Program-made: the position numbers and the translations under genes
Shown: one piece after another, positions 1 to 11,979 of the stretch
How the letters are laid out: each line of letters opens with the position of its first letter
Numbering within the stretch: the first letter of the stretch is position 1
The notes under the pieces: model-generated
Database searches by the model: none
Seen by the model: only the letters and a program-made list of their open reading frames with translations
What the model was told of the DNA's origin: nothing
Assembly (NCBI GenBank): GCA_015680685.1
Contig: MNCI01001933.1
Location: 98,817-162,816 of the forward strand
DNA from: Gnetum montanum
Lineage: Eukaryota; Plantae; Gnetophyta
Reading direction: 5' to 3'
Length of the DNA: 64,000 bases

Positions 1-1655
1 TTCAAATCTACTATCCAAGGAGTCCTGTATCTGATCTACCTTAGCTGCTACTTCCATTGTTAGCTTCTAGAGTGGCAAGGTTTTCCTATTCACCAACTCT
101 TCGAGTGGTGACTCATCCTCTTCATCGTAGAATCTCACTCCCTTCTTTCGGAGGGAAGGATCACGGTTATATTCTTCCACACTCTCTCTTTTTTGTAGCT
201 CCCCTTCTTCTTTGGCTACTTGCTCTAGCAATCAATGAACTTCATGGGATCTAAGTTCTGATAATCTCCCTTGGGCATAAGTCCCAAGGGTTCTCCTAGT
301 TTCATACCTTAGCCCATCTACGATGTGGCGAAGTTGATCCCGTTGTGCGTAACCATGGCCCTGGTAACGATGTAACAATGCGTAGTAGCAGCCCATGGTA
401 GCATCCAAGGGTTCATGAGTACCTTGCTTCCATCCTTGGATCTGCTTATGCAAGTTAGACACTCTAGAGTACGTTTTATATTTATCATTAAACAACTCTA
501 ACATCGTACTCCACCTCCTAATGGTTTTCGATTCTAAGAACCGGTACCAACTCTCTACTTCCTTTACGAGTGTCCTGGGAAACAACTTTAGTTTCTTCCA
601 CTTGTTCTCTATGTTTTGCAAGGCGCAGGCATTGTGGAATGCCTATAAATGATTTTGTGAATCATTGTTATATCCCCCCTCAAATCATGGGATATTGTTC
701 ATGTCTAAGTGCTTGATACGGCTATCTTTTTTATGCCTTGTTGCTATTCTCACTGCCTCCATTATATCTAGCATACTCCGAGTTGCAAGTAGGGGCTCAT
801 CATGATCGTCTCTTTCATGACATCTATGGTTTCTATGTTGTTCCCTGCTTTCCCTTCGTTCATGCCCTTGTCCTCGCTCTCGACTCTCTCATTGAGGTCT
901 CTCATTTTTTCTACCTCTATCCTCACCATTATGTTCTTGGTGGCTATGCCTAGATGTGGAAGGAGAGGGTGAATGGTATGATGAAGGAGAAGAAGAAGGA
1001 AAACCATTGCCATGATGATGCTTCTTACCTTCTCTTCGGCTACTACGGCCTCGATCGTGATGACAATCCAAGTGCCCGTCCTTATCATGTGTTATTGTTC
1101 CCTCAGTGAATAGTTGGTGTTCACGGGGATCAGAACTAGGGTTGTGTATCATGGATCATAGGTTCTGATACCCCACCTCCTCACTATCGTTAAGAGGGGT
1201 AACATCATTCAATAGAGAACCCATTATAAGTGGTTCACCATCTCCGATTTTACTTAGGATGTGCAGGACCCCTTTGCCCTTCAACAATGTATGGTGGCTC
1301 TCCTGCCTTGGGTCCCTTATACGTTGTGCTACTATGGGATGATAATCCCTTGTGTCGAAATCACCTATAACATATTCAGCATAGAGCTATGTCATGCCTA
1401 TCTATGCCAGAGCATGGAGGAGCATGTTAAGGACTACTCAATCTAGAGGTAACACTATGTTACCTTGCAAATCTCTCCAGCACAGTTGTTCATCCTGATG
1501 GAGGATAAAAGTAAAATCTGGTATATACTCATTGGGATGGGTATATACCACTCGGTATTATTGAGGAACTGCCTTATTTTGGTTATGTGTTTTACACTGC
1601 TAACTATTTCTTGTGTGATCCCTAGGTGGTGAATTGCTTTTGTTCGAAGAAGAAA
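1..1655 (-). pseudogene. gag: gag with long N-terminal extension, containing stops and frameshifts
   Basis: ORF 232..621 (KLKLFPRTL...W..MLELFNDKY...WKQGTHEPL) is Retrotrans_gag-like; ORF 889..1152 is the R/H/S-rich extension. Confidence 0.85.
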
Positions 1656-1782
1656 TTTTAACTTTGTTCAGTGTGCTAATTAACCATTATATAAATTTTT
1701 TGTTTAATTAACCCTAAGGTTCATTTAAGCTCCCAACAATGTGAGTGATTTCCTATGTTCTACTTAGTGCACAAACACTTAA

Positions 1783-1800
1783 TCCCTGGCAACGGCGCCA
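1783..1800 (-). promoter_or_regulatory. Primer binding site, tRNA-Asp
   Basis: Minus strand reads TGGCGCCGTTGCCAGGGA, 1 nt from the LTR end; matches the Athila-type Asp PBS TGGCGCCGTTGCCGGGGA with one mismatch. Confidence 0.9.
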
Positions 1801-1801
1801 A

Positions 1802-2703
1802 TGATGAGTGGCAAGGTACCCCTATACTCAACCATACGAATACGAGCATAACATGCGAGATCTGGTCAAACTCTGCAGACAAACTGCCTACATGCCTTAT
1901 GAAACACGTAAGGTTAATCANACATGCGAGATCTGGTCAAACTCCGCAGACAAACTGCCTACATGCCTTATGAAACACGTAAGGTTAATCATTCGTTGTC
2001 TTCCCAGACTTACTTGTATTTTTCATGGTGTATGGTTAAGTAAGTCTGAGGTATGTGATTTTTATAGTTTTTTATGTTTTATCTCCTATGTTAGTGAGGT
2101 GAAGGGTTGAAGAGGCTAATTGACTAACTTTAACTAGCTAACTAAGCCTTAATTAACCTATCGTCAGCATCCGTTCCCACTTACCATTCACACCCTGAAC
2201 CAATGCAACCTTGGTTACCAAAAGTTAATTGTTGTTGGGATCACCAAGCGTAACGCACGTGCTCGAAGTGGTCATACTAAGGCACTTAACTACAAGAGAA
2301 GGGTTGAGAGAGAATTAATGACTAAGAAAGTGATTAAATGATAAATAGTAAATAACAATAAATAAAATCCTATTTAGCCTATTCCATGCGCTGCAAGATT
2401 TATTCAAGAAGTTCGTCTTTATTGCCATACACAAGCTTGTGTTCAAGTACAATGTCTGCTCGAATAAAGATCCGTTCACTTTGGAGTTCCTACTGCAGGC
2501 AAATGGAAAATATTCTATCTCTGGAGGGATCAAACTACTAGAGTTTCACTACGGTCTAAGCCTAGGATGAGAAACAAGGGAGAGCTGCCTCTTATTTATA
2601 GATTTGGCGGCAAACTACGATATCGTGGGGGACGACGTGATATCACATACGCGATGTCGCGTGGGATGCGATATCGCGGCCCATGCAATATCATGTCCCA
2701 TCA
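1802..2703 (-). repeat. 5' LTR of copy 1
   Basis: Homologous to 2977-3787 and 9140-9952; includes a 70-bp duplication around the N at 1921. Confidence 0.92.
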
Positions 2704-2976
2704 TATTGGAAGTAGAAGAAGACACTACCATGATAATCATGCCATAGAAAGAGCAAAAGACAATAATAGAATTGGTAGAAGATAGGGTAAGAAAAGCATT
2801 GAAAGTTCATGTGGCACATATGCCCAACATTGCTATTGTTATAGATATTTAAGTGTATGCAAAAGCCAAATCTAGGGGGTGGTTGTAGCTTAGCATGAAG
2901 AGATGTTGGAGAGACTAGTAGGCACCACCCAATTGATTTTGGATATCTTCAACATCTTAATAGGTATTTTAGCTAC

Positions 2977-3787
2977 TAATGAGTGGCGAGGTACCCCTAC
3001 ACTCAACCAGACGAATATAAGCATAACACACACGATTCGGTCGAACTTCGCAGACTAAGTGCCTACACGCCTCATGGAACACTTAAGGTTAATTATTTGT
3101 TGTCTTCCTTGACGTACTTGTATTTGTCATGGTGTATGGTTAAGTAAGTTTGAGGTATATGATTTTTATAGCTTTATGGTTTTTTCTCCTATGTTGATAA
3201 GGTAAAGGGTTGAAGAGACTAATTGACTAACTCTAACTAACTAACTAAGTCTGAATTAACCTAGTGTCAGCATCCATTCCCACTTACTATTCACACCCTG
3301 AACCAATGCAACCATGGTTACCAAAAGCTAGTCATTGCTGGGATCACCACGCGTAACGCATGTGCTCGAAGCGGTCATACTGAGGCACTTAACTAGGAGA
3401 GAAGGGTTGAGAGAGATTTAATTCCTAATAAAGCATGTAAATGATAAATAGTAAATAATAATAAATAAAACTCCTATTTAGCCTATTCCATGCACTGCAA
3501 GGTTTATCCAAGAAGTTCATCTTTATTGCCATACACAAACTTGTGTTCAAGTACAATGTCTGCTCGAATAAAGATCCATTCACTTTGGAGTTCCTATTGC
3601 GGGCACATGGAAAATATTCTATCTTTGGAGGGATCAAACTACCAGAGTTTCACTACGGTCTAAGCCTAGGATGGAAAATAAGGGAGAGCTACCTCTTATT
3701 TATAGATCGAATGGTGCATGGCGATATCGCAGCGGACGCAATATTGCATACGTGATATCGCAGCCCATGCGATATCGTGTCCCATCA
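2977..3787 (-). repeat. 3' LTR of copy 2
   Basis: Direct repeat of 9140-9952; adjacent to PPT TACCCCCATGACT (plus strand). Confidence 0.95.
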
Positions 3788-5572
3788 TACCCCCATGACT
3801 AAATGAAAACTCATCCTTGAGTTCCTTATAAAATATTGGGAAGGTATGGGATTATTGACTCAAAATGTAACTAATGGGATGACATGTGAACGGATCATCA
3901 TTACAAGACACAACAAAACTGGTGTTCATGACAACAAGAGTGAACACCTTATTACATTGACATTAGGCCTTACTTGGTAGCTTGAGAAAGAGAGAGAGAG
4001 AGAAGTTTTGCTACTACTAACACCAAAATTGCGCCTTTCATTGTCCATCCGTAAGCGCACCATCGATCTTGCTCCTTGCATAGCTACTTCAGCACCGCTC
4101 CATTCAAAGTGTTCTCTCCAAGTCCAATCCATTGTTGCATGATTTCCATCTGCACATACAACATAGTCTTGTATTAGCAAGGGTAAATGAATCACAATGC
4201 AATTGATACCTTGCTTCGGTGTAAGTCCAATTAGCTAGGTTGTGGTATGGATGATTGCAGATCTGGAGATGTATTAATGGTGACTACCGAAGGTGTGAGG
4301 GTTAGGAGAAAATCGAAAAAATTGGGCCTCGTACCCCCATGACTAATCACGAACCACCGGTAGCAATAGAATGGAAAAAGAAAAGGATTAAGAAAGATGG
4401 AGAAAAGGAGACAACCAGGACATCGATGAAATGGATGTCAACATGGAAATGAACAAAACAAAATGGATTGCACAAATGTTAGGGGAACTAGAGTAGCTGG
4501 TGCACCACATAGGAATGTCAATGGGTCCTCCCCAAAGCAGGCTCATGCCCTTAATGCCCTAATAATCCCACATTCAAAGAGTTTGTAGGCTTTAGGAATG
4601 TCATTTGGAACAAGAGTTAAAGTCTTAACCACAAGAATTTACCGAAAAGAAAACAATGTGTCAACCAAAATATATACTAATGATACAACTGGCAATGAGG
4701 TGAACAATGGAGAGAAGGATGGAGAAAAGAGAATGGAATGGAATCCCAAGAACAAGGTGGTGTACAGCCCCTTGTGGAGTTAATGATTAATGTGACTTGG
4801 CAAATCTCATTCCAACTCTAGCCTCAAACAAACCACATCCAGTGACTTCGCATCAATGCATTCAGCCAATCCACAAACTTGAGTAACAAGAATGCCTTCA
4901 CCCAAGAGCCACCACCATTCCGACGAAATTAATGATGAGATAATGGGAAGTGAGAAGGGCCTTAGTTAGAGGGAACATTTTTAATTTAGTTCCATAACTA
5001 GTGCTTGTAGCCCAGGGGATTATTTTGTCTAAGGGATGTGCTTGGAATTCTTACTTTTTTCTCTCTCTTTTTCTCTTTTTTTGTTTTTCTTATGTGTTTA
5101 TGCATGAGAACCACACCATGCAAAGACTTGTTATTTTTATTTGCTCAGCTTCCCGATGATTGGGTAACGTCGAAACGGCAAGAAAAATTAAGAAGAAAGC
5201 ATCCAAGCACCCAAGAGAATGGCCAACACAAATGCATCAAGTTCCTTTGAAGTCACACCCTTTTCAATCGTTGAGTCCTTCCTTAGTTTGAGAAGTACCC
5301 AATCACTGATTCGTTATAGTTCTTATTAGAAAGGGACTGTACATTTCCAAACCAAGAGAGACCATAGAACTTGTGGATGAAAGAATGAAGTGGACTCATT
5401 GCCTGTCATATCAAAAGAACATACCTTAGTATCAACATCATAACTTAAAGGTAAAAACCAAACATTAGTAATCAATGAAAAATAGTTCATACCGTCGAGA
5501 AGAACACTTATTGGGTGACAAACTTACAAGACGGAGAACACACACACACAAAATGAAAAAGTATAATGATGT

Positions 5573-5697
5573 TGAAAAACAAAAACAAGAAAAGTTAAAG
5601 AAATTTGTAAAACAAAAATGTGTAAAACAAAAAAGTATAAAACAAAAATGTGTAAAACAAAAACATGTAAAACAAAATTGTGTAAAACAAAAATTAA
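5573..5697. repeat. ~20-bp tandem repeat (TGTGTAAAACAAAAA-like) inside copy 2
   Basis: About 6 degenerate units; source of the spurious CVKQK / FCFTH ORFs. Confidence 0.8.
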
Positions 5698-5749
5698 AAA
5701 GAACTGAGGGCCCCAAATGATTAGCATAGGTGGTCATCTCCCCCATGAC

Positions 5750-8700
5750 TGAATTACAAGGGAGAGATCCAAAATAATGAGTGTTTGTTTGAATTTCGTA
5801 GAAGTGCCCAAGTTCTCTCAATTGATGTTCTTAGATTAAGGGATGGAAGTTGGCAACACTCATATTCTAAGGTATCTATGCTTTTGTTGTTGGCATGGGT
5901 TACTTCCCCAGTTCATTCCATGCATGTTTGTCGGTTGCTCTTCCGAATAGCTATCAACCACGGGGTGTCTACTACTAGTTTTGTGGTTGCTACATACAGG
6001 CATCTTTGTCTCATAGTATCAAGGGCACACCTATTACACGGAGGAGATGTTGTGCATTCCTCCATGTCATCACTTTCTGAATCACTGTATGTGATGCACG
6101 GAACTTTCTTCTCCTCGATCTTTCCATAAATATTTACCTTAGATATTTCCAAGGAAAGATCACGGATCCCTAGGCATGTGTCTATTATACTTAGCCATAC
6201 CCTTCCCATTATAATTGGGAAGTCCCCTGCATTGTTGTTAACTTCTATCACCAGGAAATCTGTTGAGTGTGACCAACCACACAAAGTGGTAACAATGTCC
6301 TCCACCAATCCTAAAGGAATGGTGATGGACTGGTCTGCCAACTCTAGTTGACTGTTGTTCTTCTTAAGTTGGGGTAGGTTCCAGGCTTGATACATCTCTC
6401 ATGATATTAGGTTGACTCGGGAACCTGAGTTAAGAAGAGCCTTATGTGGTTCGTTCCCAGCGACTTGGAGGTAGATTAAGGGCCTTCCAGGGTCAAATAG
6501 TTTCCTGGGAAGGTGGCCTACCTTGATCTAGTCAGTTACGGTATGTGTTAACATAACCGTATGCCTTGAGCTCTGATATTGGTTTGAAGGAAGCTCCGAA
6601 GCCTTATGTGTTTGAGGAGCGTACCTAGGCTCAACCGCTTGTTATTGTGAGAGCTTTTCTGGGCTTTTGGTTCTAAAGAAAGGTCTTCTCTTTTTGCGGT
6701 TGTCAGAACCAGTAGCGAGTTGAATGGTTACGGCTCTCGTAGCATTACGTTGCTACGGTTGAGTGGGGAGTTTCCCTTGCATTGTTGGAGCAAGAGGTAT
6801 GGGAACTACCAACGGAAGAGCTATGGACAAATTAGGAGGATGGTATGGGTATGGAGCATCTTCCAGAGGAGAAGGAGTCCTTCTAAAGTACTCCCGAACT
6901 TGGTAGTGATGTTGGGAAGTTGTGTGATCTATGGAGTCACTTGGAGAAATTGGCTATTGCACGTAGTATCCATATGGGTTTGGCTGCCGGTAAGGTTATG
7001 GTTGTTTCGGTGGTGGCATCCCCCATGACTGTGGGTATTGCCACTGCTGATGTTGCCTGATGGATTGTGGTGGAATTCCACTTGGATAATATGTTAACGA
7101 TTGGTGGAACTGTCTTGGGTTACCTTGGGGATAAGGTAACCTCTAGGGTGTTTGTCATCTGTTGAGTCTCGGGTTGAGTGCATACACCCTAGACTCTTGT
7201 AGATGTGAGATGATTGGACAACATCCTTTAGGATGGGCATATTGGTAGATCTCACATCCACCGTCATTGTCTATGTCTGAGTCCACAACCTCATCAGAGA
7301 TAGTTATTTTTCCCTTACCCTTGTCACGTGCAAGGCCTAAATCTCTTTGCTTTGTCTTGTTCTTGTCACTACTTCGTTCCTCTTTAGACTCCTCTATGAT
7401 TTTCAGGACAAGTTCAAATCTACTATCTAAGGAGTCTTTTATATGATCTACCTTAGCCGCTACTTCCATTGTTAGCTTCTAGAGCGGCAAGGTTTTTCTA
7501 TTCACCAACTCTTCAAGTGGTGACTCATCCTCTTCATCGCAAAATATCACTCCCTTCTTTTGAAGAGAGGGATCACGATTATATTCTTTCGTGCTTTCTC
7601 TTTTTTGTAGCTCCCCTTCTTCTTTGGCTACTTCTTCCAACAATCGATGGATCTCATGGGATCTAAGTTTTGATAGTCTCCCTTGGGCATAAGTCCCAAG
7701 GGTTCTCCCTAGTTTCATACCTTAGCCCATCTACGATGTGGCGGAGTTGATCCCGCTGTACGTAACCATGGCCTGTGAAATGATGTAACAATGCATAATA
7801 GCAGCCCATGCTAGCATCCAAGGGTTCATGAGTACCTTGCTTCCATCCTTTGATCTTCTTACACAAATTAGACACTCTAGCGTACGTTTGATATTTATCA
7901 TTGAAGAGTCTTAACATCGTACTCCACCTCCTAATGGTTTCCGGTTCTAAGGACCGGTACCAACTCTCTACTTCCTTTATGAGTGTCCTGGGAAACAACT
8001 TCAGTTTTTGCCACTTGTTCTCTATGTTTTGCAAGGAAAAGGCATTGTGGAATGCTTGTAAATGATTTTGTGGATCCACGTTGGGTCCCCCTTCGAAGCA
8101 TGGGATATTGTTCATGTCTAACTGCTTGATCCAACTATCTTTTAAATGCCTTGTTGGTATTCTCACTGCCTCCATTATATTTAGCCTGCTTTGGGTGGCA
8201 AGTAGGGGTTTTTCATGATCATCTCTTTCATGATGTCTATGATGTCTACGTTGTTCCCTACTTTCCCTTCGTTCATGCTCTTGTCCTCTCTCTCGACTCT
8301 CTCGTCGAGGTCTCTCATTTTGTCTACCTCTATCCTCATCGTTATGCTCTTAATGGTTGCGCCCAGATGTGGAAGGAGAGGGTGAATGATGTGAAGNGTC
8401 ATGATGACGATCCAAGTGCCCATCCTTGTCATGTGTTGTTGTTCCCTTAGTGAACAGTTGGTGTTCACGGGGATCAGAACCACGGTTGTGTATCGTGGAT
8501 CGTAGGTTCTGATACCCCACCTCCTCACTATCGTTAGGAGGGGAAACATCATTTGATAGAGAACCCGTTATAAGTGGTTCACCATCTCCGATTTCACTTA
8601 GGACGTGCGGGACCCCTTTGCCCTTCAACAGTGTATGGTGGCTCTCCTGCCTTGAGTCCCTTATGATGTGGGATGGTAATCCCTTGTGTCAAAGTCACCT

Positions 8701-8996
8701 ATAACATATTCAGCATAGAGCTGTGTCATGCCGATCTATGCAAGAGCACGGAGAAGCATGTTTGGAACTGACCGATCTAGAGGCAACACTATGTTACCTT
8801 GCAAGTCTCTCCATTGCAGTTGTTCATCTTGATGGAGGATAAAGGTAAAGTTTGGTATGTACTCATCAGGATGAGTATATACTACCCGATGTTGATGAGG
8901 AACTAGCTGATTTTGGTTATGTGTTTTTGATTGCCGACTGTTCCTTGTGTTATCCCTAGGTGGTGTAATGCTCTTGTGAGAAGAAGAAGAAGACAT
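5750..8996 (-). pseudogene. gag: gag-protease polyprotein, degenerate
   Basis: Gag core (NIPCFEG..DPQNHLQAF, KLKLFPRTL), degenerate Zn knuckle CEIYQYAHPKGCC, LPRKLFDPG, ALLNSGSRVNL, LELADQSITIPLGLVEDI, FPIIMGR; these are Athila-type protease motifs. Confidence 0.9.
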
Positions 8997-9139
8997 TGTG
9001 TCTTATCAGTGTGCTATTTAACCGTTATATAAAATTTTTGTTTAATTAACCCTAAGGTTCATTTAAGCTCCCAACGATGTGAGTGATCTCCTATGTTCTA
9101 CTTAGCGCACAAACACTTAGTCCCCAGCAACGGTGCCAA

Positions 9140-9952
9140 TGATGAGTGGCGAGGTACCCCTACACTCAACCATATGAATACAAGCGTAACACACGCGATT
9201 CAGTCAAACTCCATAGACTAAGTGCCTACATACCTCATGGAACACTTAAGGTTAATTATTCGTTGTCTTCCCAGACTTACTTGTATTTGTCACGGCGTAT
9301 GGTTAAGTAAGTCTAAGGTATATGATTTTTATAGCTTTTCGGTTTTATCTCCTATGCTGATAAGGTAAAGGGGTGAAGAGACTAATTGACTAACTCTAAA
9401 TAACTAACTAAGTCTGAATTAACCTATCATCAGCATTCGTTCCCACTTACCGTTCACACCCTGAACCAATGCAACCATGGTTACCAAATGCTAGTCGTTG
9501 CTAGGATCACCACGCGTAACGCACGTGCTCGAAGTCGTACTGAGGCACTTAACTAGGAGAGAAGGGTTGAGAGAGATTTAATTCCTAATAAAGCATGTAA
9601 ATGATAAATAGTAAATAACAATAAATAAAATTCCTATTTAGCCTATTCCATGCACTGCAAGGTTTATCCAAGAAGTTTGTCTTTATTGGCGTACACAAAC
9701 TTGTGTTCAAGTACAATGTCTATTCGAATAAAGATCTGTTCACTTTGGAGTTCCTACTACGAGCACATGGAAAATATTCTATCTCTGAAGGGATCAAACT
9801 ACCAGAGTTTCACTACGGTCTAAGCCTAGGATGGAAAACAAGGGAGAGCCGCCTCTTATTTATAAATATGACGGTGCATTGCGATATCATGGGGGACGAC
9901 GCAATATCACGATGAACGCGATATTGTGGCCATGAAATATCGTGTCCCATCA
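9140..9952 (-). repeat. 5' LTR of copy 2
   Basis: Direct repeat of 2977-3787; adjacent PBS TGGCACCGTTGCTGGGGA (9121-9138, minus). Confidence 0.95.
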
Positions 9953-9957
9953 GCTAC

Positions 9958-11460
9958 CCATTTTATACTAATGGAGACAATAAGGAGAAGGTATCATCAT
10001 GGTAATCATGCCACAAAAAAGGTAGGAGATAGTAGTAGATGTGATGGTAGATGTAGTAAGAGAAGCATTAAAAGTTCTTGTGGCACCTATGCCTAACATT
10101 GCTACTATGGAAAATATTTTAAGTGTCTGTAGGAGCTAAACAAGAAACTAATTTCAAATGTCTTCAACATCCAAAAACATGTTTTAGCAACTCACTTTAC
10201 ACTAATGAAGATAAGGAGGAAATTTTTTATTATCAATGCATAACTGAAAGAAGCTACCAACATTCATTAGTGGTTGATAACTAAAGTTATAAGATTAAGA
10301 GGTTTCCTATCCAATCCTACCATCGTATGATCTAAACTAACTAGAGATGAAGCTTTCTAAGAGCTTTAGAAGAAATTAAAGATAGTTCAGGATGAAAAAG
10401 ATAGAGCAATTTGGGATGCATCCTTATCAAATACAATGTTGAATACTATAAATAAGGCTAGACATGCAAGGAAAATAAATAACTAACAAAGGAAAATCAA
10501 TGTTTGCTTAAGATGAAAAAGCAAAAAAACAACTAGATGAATACCTTAAACACCAGCAGAAACAACTTGCTAAGGTGAACCAACATATTAGAAGATTGGC
10601 AACTAAGAATTAAAATCTCTCGATGGAAGAGGCATGTATTAGAAGACAAAAGCCAACCATCAAGATTTCTACCTAAAAAAATGAAATTCTAAAATATGAG
10701 AAGATGAAAAATTATTATAAGAACAAGGTGGGCATGCTTAAAGAAGTAAATGTAAAAGAGATTCGATTAGCCAAGACAAAGATGAATGATGTCCTCTAGT
10801 AGCTCTAGCAACATGATGATGTGTGGTAACCCATCTTTCATAGGCTCAACATGTATAATCAAGTAGAGATCCATCTAAAGAAGTTCCAAATTTAAAAGAT
10901 GATCTAGTATATGGAGCTTGTCAATGTTTACTATGAAAACGTGGCAATGTTAACTAGTTGAAGGAAGTGGTTAGAACTTGAAAAGCAGGTAGCCAACTCA
11001 CTACCTCTTATAGAAGGTTGAGTTTAAGCTCCACAAAGAGACCAAAATAATGCTAGAAATAATCAATGAAGAGCTTGAAGTTCTTAAGGTAAGATTTGAA
11101 GATTAGCAAGTAGTTGTAGAGAATCTTGTTAAGAGAATGGCAAACCACCAAGAGCTACAAAACATAGTACAGGTATTTGACATTGAACACAAGCAATTCA
11201 TAGTCTAGTTTTTCAATGCCAAGAAATTTTTTCATACTTTACCTTACCCCTAGACAGTGCTAATACTAAGGACTCTAGGTAAAGTTGCCTATATCATAAA
11301 TGACTCCAAGACTAAAAAGGAAAAGATGAAAGTACTACTGGATGTATTCCAACTTTCAAAAGCACTAGTAACAATAGTCAAGAAATCGAGACCACTTCCA
11401 ACATGAAGACAAGATGAGCCACAAATAAAACTATAGAACTCACCATGTCTTGGTACCAGC
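9958..11460 (+). pseudogene. Decayed accessory ORF2 (coiled-coil, env-position) of copy 5
   Basis: Manual translation aligns with ORF 54148..54432 and neighbouring sequence; many stops. Confidence 0.72.
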
Positions 11461-11699
11461 TAGAACATATGTTCTACAACTATCTTTGTACATGATGGCC
11501 AAGTCTAATTTTGTAATGTGTTTAATTTTTTTAAAGTCTAATTGTAAAAGTACTTGAATAACTTTTTTTTGTCATGCAACACTTAAATTATAGTCAGTTA
11601 GTAAGTAACTAAGTCAATTCCATACTTCCTTAATTTTGTAATCAACTTGGTCCTACTTTTGCTCACTAGAGAATAAGTTTCTAATCAATCATGAGGGTA

Positions 11700-11977
11700 T
11701 GATGAACAATAAGTTGGTTGGCTACATCAACGTAGCTTTGTTGACACATATGCATCAACATAGCCTAAGATGTGTCTATGCATATGCATATGCCTCAATC
11801 ACACCTGACCATACAACTTAAGCTCATACAAGTGTAATCGTAAAGACAACAATTAATATCTTAGTGCTTCATTATCTAGGACATCCATCTAGTCTCAAGT
11901 CCATGAAATCCAGCTATATTTTATGTGAATGTTTGTGATTTATATGGTTGAGCATAGGATTACTCTATCACTCATCA
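11700..11977 (+). repeat. Short 3' LTR of copy 5
   Basis: Starts TGATGAAC right after the PPT; ends TATGGTTGAGCATAGG..CACTCATCA like the other family LTRs; only 278 bp. Confidence 0.75.
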
Positions 11978-11979
11978 TC

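Larger units (their letters stand above)
1..2703 (-). mobile_element. Athila-like Ty3/gypsy LTR element copy 1 (type A), 5' half; continues off the left edge
   Basis: 5' LTR at 1802-2703 with TGATG..CATCA termini; tRNA-Asp PBS at 1783-1800; degenerate gag; colinear with the complete copy at 2977-9952. Confidence 0.92.
2977..9952 (-). mobile_element. Complete non-autonomous Athila-like LTR element copy 2 (type A: gag + aspartic protease, no RT/RH/INT), ~7.0 kb
   Basis: LTRs 2977-3787 and 9140-9952; perfect TSD GCTAC (2972-2976 / 9953-9957); PBS 9121-9138; PPT 3788-3800. Confidence 0.95.
2704..11977 (+). mobile_element. Older Athila-like element (copy 5, ORF2-bearing), 3' portion; interrupted by copy 2 and bounded on the left by copy 1
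   Basis: 2704-2976 and 9958-11460 translate to decayed homologues of ORF2 of 52951-62041 (HEEMLERL, VGMLKE, YMELVN..ELEKQVA); PPT AATCATGAGGGTA at 11687-11699; LTR 11700-11977 TGATGAAC..CACTCATCA. Confidence 0.8.

Noticed and set aside
1851-1991. Near-perfect 70-bp tandem duplication in an LTR
   Set aside because: The two units are joined by a single N (1921) and the duplication is absent from homologous LTRs; likely a contig-overlap artefact.
5465-5821. Repetitive FCFTH / CVKQK ORFs
   Set aside because: Translation of a non-coding 20-bp tandem repeat.
8390-8405. Apparent ~85-bp deletion in the copy 2 gag extension
   Set aside because: Coincides with the N at 8397; an unsized gap rather than biology.
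9958-11460. Apparent sharing of ORF2 between a gypsy element and the Sirevirus-like copia element
   Set aside because: A family PPT and LTR at 11687-11977 separate this ORF from the Sirevirus sequence; it belongs to a nested Athila-like copy.
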